Shown piece after piece: positions 18,130-25,419 of a DNA stretch of 28,973 nucleotides. Each line of letters starts with the position of its first letter. The stretch's first letter is position 1. A program made the position numbers and the translations under genes. The notes beneath the pieces are model-generated. The model ran no database searches and had not been told where the DNA came from. It worked only from the letters and a program-made list of their open reading frames with translations. The stretch comes from Anaerosporobacter sp. (GTDB taxonomy: Bacteria; Bacillota; Clostridia; Lachnospirales; Lachnospiraceae), in NCBI RefSeq assembly GCF_031551385.1, contig NZ_JAVBNS010000261.1:1-28973 (forward strand), in the 5' to 3' direction.

Positions 18130-18576
18130 CTATTTATCATTCTGGTAATTTTTAAAAAATCGGTTTAAGTTCGTCAATGCTTGAACTAATGTATTCGTCT
18201 CTTGTTCACCTAAGCCTTCTATCATGGCCTTTATCATCTTCTCGTGAAAATCTTTATGATGTACATATGCTTCCTTGCCAAGTTCACTTAGTGATATTAA
18301 TACGACTCGCTTATCCTTTTCACTTCGAATTCGATTTACGTATCCCTTTTTTACAAGGCTGTTAATTGCAATCGTTAACGTTCCAACTGTTACTTTTAAC
18401 ACTTTTGCTACTGAAGACATATTCTTAGCTGCTTTGTCTCCTATCGCCTCTATGATATGCATATCATTATTGGTAATATTTTTAAATTGTTCTGTAATAA
18501 TAGCCTTTTGTTCTAACTCCATTATATCATTAAACAAACCTACTAACGTTTCGTGAAACGTAGTGTATGCATCCAT
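18130..18576 (-). CDS. MarR family transcriptional regulator
   Basis: 148 aa with a wHTH block SVAKVLKVTVGTLTIAINSLVKKGYVNRIRSEKDKRVVLISLSELG typical of MarR. It lies 15 nt upstream of the DtxR-like gene. Confidence 0.85.
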   Translation of the reverse strand: MDAYTTFHETLVGLFNDIMELEQKAIITEQFKNITNNDMHIIEAIGDKAAKNMSSVAKVLKVTVGTLTIAINSLVKKGYVNRIRSEKDKRVVLISLSELGKEAYVHHKDFHEKMIKAMIEGLGEQETNTLVQALTNLNRFFKNYQNDK

Positions 18577-18606
18577 ATTAATTCCTCATTTCTATACCTC
18601 TTAAGT

Positions 18607-18972
18607 TTATGCGGGAAGTACTTCTAACCAATATCCATCTGGATCACTAATAAAATAGATTCCCATAGCAGGGTTTTCAAAACATACACATTCCATCTCT
18701 TTGTGTTTCTTTAAAGCTCCTTCAAAGTCATCTACTACAAAGGCAAGATGAATCTCATTATCTCCTAAATTATAAGGACGATCCCATTCCTTTAACCATG
18801 TAAGTTCTAACTGATGCGGTGTAGTTTCATCTCCAAGATATACCAATATAAAACTTCCATCCTCTGCTTCATGTCTTCTTGTTTCCACAAGTCCCAATGC
18901 TTCTTTGTAAAATGTTAGTGATTTATCAAGATTAAATACGTTTAAATTATTATGTGCAAATGTAAATTTCAT
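18607..18972 (-). CDS. VOC family protein / glyoxalase I-like (lactoylglutathione lyase family)
   Basis: The pattern HNNLNVFNLDKSLTFYKEALGL...HLAF...DPDGYWLEV matches the glyoxalase/VOC fold. I moved the start to the ATG at 18972, which has GGAGG 6 nt upstream. The track start at 18978 is a TTG abutting the SD. Confidence 0.85.
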   Translation of the reverse strand: MKFTFAHNNLNVFNLDKSLTFYKEALGLVETRRHEAEDGSFILVYLGDETTPHQLELTWLKEWDRPYNLGDNEIHLAFVVDDFEGALKKHKEMECVCFENPAMGIYFISDPDGYWLEVLPA

Positions 18973-19050
18973 ATACAACCTCCATCTATATTATGTCTCG
19001 AACAATAACCATTTGAACTCGTTTCAAACTGGAATTATCGTCCTATTAAT

Positions 19051-19079
19051 ATCTTAACATAGCTTCTACTTGATTTCAA
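19051..19079 (-). promoter_or_regulatory. Candidate promoter of the VOC-MarR-DtxR-like operon
   Basis: On the minus strand: TTGAAA (19074-19079), a 17-nt spacer ending in TGT (extended -10), then TAAGAT (19051-19056). A TTTGAA-N5-TTCAAA palindrome at 19012-19028 lies between it and the SD. Confidence 0.5.
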
Positions 19080-19142
19080 ACATAACGTCAAAATTAGTCA
19101 AAATAAATCGGTATTAATTATCACTTTTTCCTCCCATTTACA

Positions 19143-19171
19143 TTGCTTAATCTGATAATAAGTGTTATAAT
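19143..19171 (+). promoter_or_regulatory. Candidate extended -10 promoter of the repeat-motif noncoding unit
   Basis: TTGCTT (19143-19148), a 17-nt spacer ending in TGT, then TATAAT (19166-19171). Confidence 0.45.
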
Positions 19172-19246
19172 AAAACAAGATAAAACATTAAGTTATATTT
19201 CATTAATGCGAGTTACCTAAGATATAATCAACTCCAGATTTTTATA

Positions 19247-19497
19247 ACAAAAGAGCGAACTACTTTCCCCATGATAACACCACCAAAATAGTGTTATGTA
19301 TAAACAAGCCACAAAAGAACAAAATACAAAAGATAAGTTATCAAAGTACAAAAGAATCAAAAAACAAATGAAAAGTTTTACGAAAGACAAAGTTTTAATT
19401 TACTAAAGATGTTTCTACTAAAGATTAACTTTACAAAAGATGTCGTAACTACCAAAGATTACATTTACTAAAGAAAAAATATTTACTGTACAAAAGA
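19247..19497 (+). repeat. Array of 11 dispersed copies of the 8-mer ACNAAAGA (usually TACNAAAGA)
   Basis: Read directly from the sequence. After a 64-nt first gap, start-to-start spacings are 15, 22, 32, 22, 15, 16, 18, 16 and 23 nt. The third position varies (A, G, T or C) while the other seven are invariant. Confidence 0.8.
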
Positions 19498-19510
19498 GAA
19501 CTAATATGAT

Positions 19511-19540
19511 GAGAGGCTATCCGATTGGGTAGCCTCTTTT
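19511..19540 (+). terminator. Intrinsic terminator following the motif array
   Basis: AGAGGCTA(T)CC, loop GATTG, GGTAGCCTCT, then TTTT. The stem is about 10 bp, GC-rich, with one bulge. The T-run is present only on the + strand. Confidence 0.7.
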
Positions 19541-19723
19541 CGTGTGCTGAATCTCCCCGTCGCTGCAAACAATTTATGTGTGCAGTAATGAATCTTACTA
19601 TTATGTTACTTTTGAGCCAATATAATGCAAGAAAATATTTATTTTGTGTGTTATTATGGATGGTAGTGTGACTATTCTTTTTATTGGGAGTCGTTCAAAA
19701 CCAAACAACGGAGGTTCTTTTCA

Positions 19724-20926
19724 TTGAAAGACAAATATCAAAAAACATTATATGCATGTTTTGTAGGTTATGTTGTTCAAGCAATTGTTAACAATTTTGT
19801 TCCTTTGCTTTTCCTTACTTTACAATCAACCTACCATATTTCTTTACCAAAAATAACATTTTTAGTAACAATTAATTTTGGACTACAACTTATTGTGGAT
19901 TTATTATCCATCGGCTTTGTAGATAAAATCGGCTATCGTGCCTCAGCTTTAATTGCTCATGTCTTCACTGCATCTGGATTAATATTATTGACAATTCTTC
20001 CAGATTTATTACCAAATGCCTATGCAGGAATATTCATATCCGTTATAATTTACGCTATCGGTGGTGGGCTCCTTGAAGTGTTAATCAGCCCAATTGTAGA
20101 GGCTTGTCCAACAGATAACAAAGAGAAAGCCATGAGTCTGCTTCACTCCTTCTATTGTTGGGGACATGTAGGTGTTGTACTATTATCTACAATATTCTTT
20201 GCTGTTTTCGGTATACATAACTGGAAGGTGCTTGCTATCTTCTGGGCTATCATTCCGATAATAAATGTATTTGCATTTGCTAAAGTTCCAATCGCGTCTC
20301 TTATCGAGGAGGATGAAACTAGCTTACGTATTAAAGACCTTGCTCATGCAAAAATCTTCTGGGTTTTAATGCTTCTTATGGTTTGTGCTGGTGCATGCGA
20401 GCAAGCTGTAAGCCAATGGGCATCTACTTTCGCAGAAAAGGGATTACAAGTTAGCAAAACGGTTGGCGACCTTGCTGGCCCAATGTTATTCGCTATCCTT
20501 ATGGGAACTTCTCGTGCCATATACGGAAAATACGGTCATAAGATAAATCTGAATCGCTTTATGTTACTCAGTGGTTTCACTTGTATCGTATCCTACCTTG
20601 TTATATCACTTTCTCCCTATCCATTCCTTGGACTTATAGGTTGTGGTTTATGCGGTTTATCTGTAGGTATCTTATGGCCAGGAACATTCAGCATCGCTTC
20701 CGCTTCAATACGAGGTGGCGGAACTGCTATGTTTGCACTCCTCGCTCTTGCTGGTGACCTTGGTTGTTCTGGCGGCCCGACGTTTGTTGGTTTAGTATCC
20801 AGTGCTTTTTCTGATAACTTGAAAGCAGGAATTTTGGGGGCTATTGTGTTTCCTGTGCTTCTTATTCTTGGGATTTGGATGCTTGGAAGGATGCGAAAAA
20901 CGACGATTAAAAATTCAGAAGTTTAA
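19724..20926 (+). CDS. MFS transporter
   Basis: 400 aa with about 12 hydrophobic segments and a central loop (EEDETSLRIKDL). The start is TTG, with GGAGG 9 nt upstream, and there is no nearby in-frame ATG. Confidence 0.85.
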   Translation: MKDKYQKTLYACFVGYVVQAIVNNFVPLLFLTLQSTYHISLPKITFLVTINFGLQLIVDLLSIGFVDKIGYRASALIAHVFTASGLILLTILPDLLPNAYAGIFISVIIYAIGGGLLEVLISPIVEACPTDNKEKAMSLLHSFYCWGHVGVVLLSTIFFAVFGIHNWKVLAIFWAIIPIINVFAFAKVPIASLIEEDETSLRIKDLAHAKIFWVLMLLMVCAGACEQAVSQWASTFAEKGLQVSKTVGDLAGPMLFAILMGTSRAIYGKYGHKINLNRFMLLSGFTCIVSYLVISLSPYPFLGLIGCGLCGLSVGILWPGTFSIASASIRGGGTAMFALLALAGDLGCSGGPTFVGLVSSAFSDNLKAGILGAIVFPVLLILGIWMLGRMRKTTIKNSEV

Positions 20927-20946
20927 ATGTCAATATTTTTATTAAT

Positions 20947-20973
20947 TTGATATTTTATGTTTTATGTTATAAT
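20947..20973 (+). promoter_or_regulatory. Candidate extended -10 promoter for the small membrane protein gene
   Basis: TTGATA (20947-20952), then TGTTATAAT (20965-20973). The spacer is only 15 nt, so the call rests mainly on the extended -10. Confidence 0.4.
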
Positions 20974-21028
20974 ATATAGATATTAATAACCTAACACAAT
21001 ATTGCTACACGAAAGGAGTTAACAGTCA

Positions 21029-21256
21029 ATGGAAGGCATAGCGTTTGTTTCAATTATTTGCTTGATTCTTGAGTTTATTATATGTTTATATCGAAAATAT
21101 ATAATAGCAATACTACTCCCTATTATTGTACTTTCGATAACCGTAATTTTTCCCATTAATACATTAATCGGAATCATTGTATTCTTTTTTAGTTTTTTAA
21201 TGTTATTGATTTTTTATATTACACGATTGTTGAAAAAGATAAATAGTAAATTTTAA
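21029..21256 (+). CDS. Small hydrophobic membrane protein (about 3 TM segments), function unknown
   Basis: 75 aa with AAGGAG 10 nt upstream of the ATG. A strong terminator follows. The sequence is very hydrophobic with a basic C-terminal tail. Confidence 0.6.
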   Translation: MEGIAFVSIICLILEFIICLYRKYIIAILLPIIVLSITVIFPINTLIGIIVFFFSFLMLLIFYITRLLKKINSKF

Positions 21257-21282
21257 GCTAGTACGCTCATCTTAAACACAAA

Positions 21283-21328
21283 AACACTATATAAGACTAT
21301 TTCCAATCTTATATAGTGTTTATTTTTT
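21283..21328 (+). terminator. Intrinsic terminator after the small membrane protein gene
   Basis: AACACTATATAAGA, a 10-nt loop, TCTTATATAGTGTT (14-bp perfect stem), then TATTTTTT. Confidence 0.8.
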
Positions 21329-21457
21329 GTTCCCTATCTAAAAACTCCACAGCTAAAAAACTATTTCCGACTTACTCAGGTAAGTTTGCTATGGTTCAAT
21401 TAACAAGAAACCGTGTATTTTTCAAGACTTTCAAGTATAATACTGCCGAATGTCTCC

Positions 21458-22999
21458 TCACAAAATCACTTCAAAAAGCTTCTTATCCTCAACCGTTACC
21501 CAATCTGAAGATTTTTCTTTGCTTTTATTGAAATTAAATACCAATAAATATCCAATATCTATATTCTGAATGTGCAGATATCTTGCTAATTGCTCTCTAC
21601 CTTTTTCATGATATTTCTCACCATTCCAGAGCTTGAGTTCAACTATATATTTATGTTTGTTGTATATAACAACTACATCCAGACGCCTGTTCTCTCTTGT
21701 CTGTGGCTCTACAAAGTAAAATCCTTTTCCATTTAATATGGGTTTTAAGTAAGCAAGAAAGATAAGCCTTCCTTGAGACTCATAAAACTTTTCATCCTCA
21801 CTTCGATACTCCTCGTACATAAAGTCCTGAAACTTTAGAAGTATACGCTCCATATCCAAATCATCTGCTTTCGTAAACTGGTTTAATTCATTTTCTGATA
21901 TTCGAACTTGTAGTTTTCGTATATTACTTTTCTCTGTCATATAGCCATAAATAAGCTCCTCGAAAATCTTATTATGAATTACAACTTTGCCTTTATCATT
22001 TCTAAATATTCCATACATAATTCCTGCTTCATATGAGAAAGGATGAAAGCTGATATGACTGCCAGATAGAAGTAACTCATTAGTTACTGATTTAATATCC
22101 TCATTGTTTTCAATGTTCTTAATCACATCTTCAAATAAAGTATTCTTTTCATTCAAAATAGCTTTGACCGCCATATAGATACTTTCTTCTGTCCAAACAG
22201 CACCCAGCTTTTCATCCACAGTTTTACAGATGTCACTTACCAAATAAGGATATCCACTTGTAAACATATGAATTTGTTCTGCAATCGCATTTACATCAAA
22301 ACCAATACCAGTCTCCGACTGATAGTCAAGTAACATACTTCCTATTTCGTGAGCATTAAAAGACATATCAACTTCAAACTTAGCTGCTATATTCCACGGG
22401 CTGTTGAATCTTTTATCACTCTCATCACGCATTGCAAGCTTTAATGTTCTTACATCGTGTACTCCAGCCAAAATAACACTTTGAAATGTAAAATCTTTAT
22501 TTGCACTCGCAGACAGATATTTATTCCTAAGCACTCCAAGGAATTGTAGAAATATTCTGTTATTGCTACTCTTATCTACCTCATCAATAAGCAAAACTAT
22601 TTTTTTCCGTGATTCCAATACAAATTCGGTGATAGCATCAGAAAGCTCTCCAAAATTTTTCGATGTATTGTACTTTAATAAAAGTTGATGCGTCTCCTTG
22701 TCTGTAAATCTTATGGAGTCCGCAAAGGTTTTAAACACTCTTTTGCAAAATCCTTCTTCTGTATCAAATAAATTATCACCAACACCTTCAAAACTGCTAT
22801 CAATTACTGCATATTTTTCAGAAAGCGCTTCTCGTAAAACATTAAGAGTAGTGGTTTTACCAAACTGTCTAGGGCGATTTATGGTAAAGTATTCTCCCTC
22901 ATCTACCATAGTCACAATTTGCTCTATTTTATCTGATATGTCTACCATATAATGCTTATCCTTAACGCATAAGCCTGTTATGTTAAATTTCTTTTTCAT
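21458..22999 (-). CDS. Fusion protein: N-terminal predicted AAA-ATPase (P-loop) and C-terminal PD-(D/E)XK nuclease-like domain
   Basis: Walker A is RPRQFGKTTT and Walker B is VLLIDEVD. The C-terminus RLDVVVIYNKHKYIVELKLW gives the D...ExK signature. The architecture matches the widespread AAA-ATPase_like + PDDEXK_9 type (assigned from memory). I moved the start to the ATG at 22999, which has GTGAGGT 8 nt upstream. Confidence 0.8.
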   Translation of the reverse strand: MKKKFNITGLCVKDKHYMVDISDKIEQIVTMVDEGEYFTINRPRQFGKTTTLNVLREALSEKYAVIDSSFEGVGDNLFDTEEGFCKRVFKTFADSIRFTDKETHQLLLKYNTSKNFGELSDAITEFVLESRKKIVLLIDEVDKSSNNRIFLQFLGVLRNKYLSASANKDFTFQSVILAGVHDVRTLKLAMRDESDKRFNSPWNIAAKFEVDMSFNAHEIGSMLLDYQSETGIGFDVNAIAEQIHMFTSGYPYLVSDICKTVDEKLGAVWTEESIYMAVKAILNEKNTLFEDVIKNIENNEDIKSVTNELLLSGSHISFHPFSYEAGIMYGIFRNDKGKVVIHNKIFEELIYGYMTEKSNIRKLQVRISENELNQFTKADDLDMERILLKFQDFMYEEYRSEDEKFYESQGRLIFLAYLKPILNGKGFYFVEPQTRENRRLDVVVIYNKHKYIVELKLWNGEKYHEKGREQLARYLHIQNIDIGYLLVFNFNKSKEKSSDWVTVEDKKLFEVIL

Positions 23000-23079
23000 A
23001 TGGTTTACCTCACTTTCAAAGAACTTCTTCATACACTACATATATCATACCAAAGCAAAGCCATAAAACCAACCATTTC

Positions 23080-24360
23080 TTATTCAAAAAACTCCTCTAC
23101 ATCCCCCAAATATCTCCGAATATCCTCTTCCGTATGAGCCACAGACAAGAATATTGCCTCAAACTGGCTTGGTGCAAGATAGTGACCTCTATTCAGCATA
23201 TGATTAAAATACTTACCAAACATCACAGTATCAGATGTTTTCGCTGATTCATAATCTACTACTGGCTCTTTCGTAAAGAACATACAACTTAATGAACCAA
23301 TTCCATTTACTACACATGGTATCTGATATTTCTCTATTAATTCTCTTAATCCTGCACGCAATTTCTCGCCATTTTCATTAATTTTGCTATAGATTTCTGG
23401 GTGTTCTTTTAGAATTCTGAGTTGTGTAATTCCTGCGTGCATCGCTACTGGATTTCCACTTAATGTACCTGCTTGATATACTGCTCCTACTGGAGATACA
23501 ACTTGCATTACATCTTTACGTCCTCCATAAGCTCCAACTGGCATTCCACCGCCTATAATCTTGCCATAGGTAATTAAATCTGGTGTAACGCCAAAGTAGC
23601 CTGATGCCCCCTCTAACTGCAAACGAAATCCTGTAATTACTTCATCAAATATTAACAGTGCACCTTCTCTTGTACAGATGTCTCGAAGTCCTTGCAAGAA
23701 TCCTTCCTGTGGTTCGACAACACCCATATTTGCTGCAACTGGCTCAACGATTAAACATGCTACTTCACCCTTGTTCTCTGCAAATAATTTTTCCACACTT
23801 TCAAGATTATTATAGATTGCTGTTAATGTATCTTCTGCACAACCTGCTGGTACACCTGCACTGTCAGGTACGCCTGATGTCATAACTCCTGAACCTGCTT
23901 TCACAAGCATTGCATCCGCATGTCCATGATAGCAACCTTCGAATTTTAATACTTTATTTCGTCCTGTATAGCCTCTCGCAACACGAATTGCACTCATAAC
24001 TGCTTCTGTTCCTGAGTTTACCATACGAACCATCTCAATAGCTGGTACGATATCACAAATTAGTTTTGCCATCTCTACTTCGATTTCAGTAGCAGCACCA
24101 AAACTAAGACCTTTCTCAATCGCTTCCTGTACTGCCGCCTGTACTTGCTCATTCTTATGACCAAGAATCATTGGCCCCCATGAACCAATGTAATCAACAT
24201 ATTGATTGCCATCCACATCATAGATGTATTGTTTTTCAGCTCGTTCTATAAACCTTGGATTTTTTCCAACTGCTTGAAATGCACGCACCGGACTGTTTAC
24301 GCCTCCTGGAATTTTCTCTACTGCTTCTTTGAATAAACGTTCTGATTTATCTGTTTTCAT
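23080..24360 (-). CDS. hemL: Glutamate-1-semialdehyde 2,1-aminomutase
   Basis: GGVNSPVRAF, YVDYIGSWGPMILGH and LIFDEVITGFR are hallmark HemL blocks, and YGKIIGGG carries the PLP lysine. I moved the start to the ATG at 24360, which has GGAGG 5 nt upstream. Confidence 0.95.
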   Translation of the reverse strand: MKTDKSERLFKEAVEKIPGGVNSPVRAFQAVGKNPRFIERAEKQYIYDVDGNQYVDYIGSWGPMILGHKNEQVQAAVQEAIEKGLSFGAATEIEVEMAKLICDIVPAIEMVRMVNSGTEAVMSAIRVARGYTGRNKVLKFEGCYHGHADAMLVKAGSGVMTSGVPDSAGVPAGCAEDTLTAIYNNLESVEKLFAENKGEVACLIVEPVAANMGVVEPQEGFLQGLRDICTREGALLIFDEVITGFRLQLEGASGYFGVTPDLITYGKIIGGGMPVGAYGGRKDVMQVVSPVGAVYQAGTLSGNPVAMHAGITQLRILKEHPEIYSKINENGEKLRAGLRELIEKYQIPCVVNGIGSLSCMFFTKEPVVDYESAKTSDTVMFGKYFNHMLNRGHYLAPSQFEAIFLSVAHTEEDIRRYLGDVEEFFE

Positions 24361-24415
24361 GTTTACCTCCATGCAATGTATATCGCAAGCTTACTTGCGA
24401 TGTTACTCTACTAAC

Positions 24416-25408
24416 TTATCCGATTCTTCCTTCGTCAATATATCCTGCAATCTCTTTCGCATAATAGGAAATCAAAATGTCCGCTCCTGCACGAAACATA
24501 CTAATTGCAGATTCTCCAACAATTGCTGCTTCATCTATATATCCTGCTGCCGCTGCTGCCTTAATCATCGAGTACTCTCCACTTACGCTATATACTGCAC
24601 ATGGCACTGGAAAACGTTCTGAAATCTCTTTCACAATATCAAGATATGCAAGCCCCGGTTTTACCATAAGAATATCAGCACCCTCAGCAATATCTAATTC
24701 TGCTTCCTTAATCGCTTCCCTTTTATTATGATAATCCATCTGATACGTTTTACGATCACCAAATGCTGGTGCAGAACCAGCCGCTTCACGAAATGGCCCA
24801 TAGAACGCGGAGGAATACTTCACTGCATAAGACATAATTGGTGTATTCGTATATCCTGCCCCATCTAACATATTTCGAATTGCTAATATTCTTCCGTCCA
24901 TCATATCGGAAGGTGCAACCATATCTGCTCCTGCTTGCACATGCGATAGAGAAGTCTTTGCTAGTAATTCAAGCGTGCTATCATTGTCAACCATTTGGTC
25001 ATGCAATAATCCACAATGACCATGGGAAGTATATTCACATAGGCAAACATCTGTAATGAGATATAAATCAGGAAACTCTCTCTTTGCAAACTCAAGTGCT
25101 TTCTGTACAACACCATCTTGCGCCCAAGCACCACTACCGCATGCATCTTTATGCTCCGGAATTCCAAAGAATAGCACTCCACGAACTCCTGATTTTTGAA
25201 CACGTTCCAATTCATATGCTAATGTATCCAAACTATAGCGGTACTGACCGGGCATAGCTGAGATTTCTTCTTTTATATTATGACCTTCTTTTACGAAAAT
25301 CGGATAGATTAATCCATTCTTTGAAACTCTTGTTTCTCTTACCATGTCACGAAGTATCTGACTTCCTCGTAATCTTCTTGGTCTATTTAGTAAATCCATA
25401 GGTATCAC
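24416..25408 (-). CDS. hemB: Porphobilinogen synthase (delta-aminolevulinate dehydratase), zinc-type
   Basis: RPRRLR at the N-terminus, the Cys-rich metal site DVCLCEYTSHGHCG, plus VAPSDMMDGR, YQMD and MVKPGLAYLD. The start is ambiguous between the GTG at 25408 and an ATG 9 nt downstream. Confidence 0.95.
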   Translation of the reverse strand: MIPMDLLNRPRRLRGSQILRDMVRETRVSKNGLIYPIFVKEGHNIKEEISAMPGQYRYSLDTLAYELERVQKSGVRGVLFFGIPEHKDACGSGAWAQDGVVQKALEFAKREFPDLYLITDVCLCEYTSHGHCGLLHDQMVDNDSTLELLAKTSLSHVQAGADMVAPSDMMDGRILAIRNMLDGAGYTNTPIMSYAVKYSSAFYGPFREAAGSAPAFGDRKTYQMDYHNKREAIKEAELDIAEGADILMVKPGLAYLDIVKEISERFPVPCAVYSVSGEYSMIKAAAAAGYIDEAAIVGESAISMFRAGADILISYYAKEIAGYIDEGRIG

Positions 25409-25419
25409 GATTCCTTTCT

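Larger units (their letters stand above)
19178..19540 (+). ncRNA. Candidate noncoding RNA or leader carrying 11 (U)ACNAAAGA motifs, closed by an intrinsic terminator; family not recognised
   Basis: It lies between the candidate promoter (19143-19171) and the terminator (19511-19540). No ORF of 60 aa or more and no SD-led ORF is present. Motif copies start at 19247, 19311, 19326, 19348, 19380, 19402, 19417, 19433, 19451, 19467 and 19490. The transcript boundaries are inferred, not observed. Confidence 0.4.

Noticed and set aside
17433-18556. ORFs 17433..17627, 17633..17932, 18177..18365 and 18275..18556 on the + strand
   Set aside because: They are antisense to the transglutaminase-like, DtxR-like and MarR genes. 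There is no RBS and no recognisable domain.
19247-19497. Possibility that the repeated motif array is a CRISPR array or a tandem-repeat satellite
   Set aside because: The repeat unit is only 8-9 nt, the spacers are 7-24 nt with irregular length, and no cas genes are nearby. This is not CRISPR architecture, and it is not a head-to-tail tandem repeat either.
21316-21531. 71-aa + strand ORF downstream of the small membrane protein gene
   Set aside because: It starts inside the terminator T-tract, has no SD, and runs into the 3' end of the convergent ATPase-nuclease gene. It is most likely spurious.
20927-23079. Possible genomic island or mobile element comprising the small membrane protein and the ATPase-nuclease gene
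   Set aside because: There is no integrase, transposase or recombinase gene, no tRNA target and no flanking direct or inverted repeats that I could see. AT-richness was judged only by eye. The idea survives only as a hypothesis within the ATPase-nuclease finding.
4690-24372. Longer N-terminal extensions offered by the ORF track (MMEAKM.. at 4705, MEVTM.. at 10470, MYM.. at 18978, MKKFFESEVNHM.. at 23032, MEVNM.. at 24372)
   Set aside because: In each case the upstream start codon overlaps or abuts the GGAGG/GAGG Shine-Dalgarno that is correctly spaced (4-8 nt) for the downstream ATG. The shorter forms were therefore annotated.
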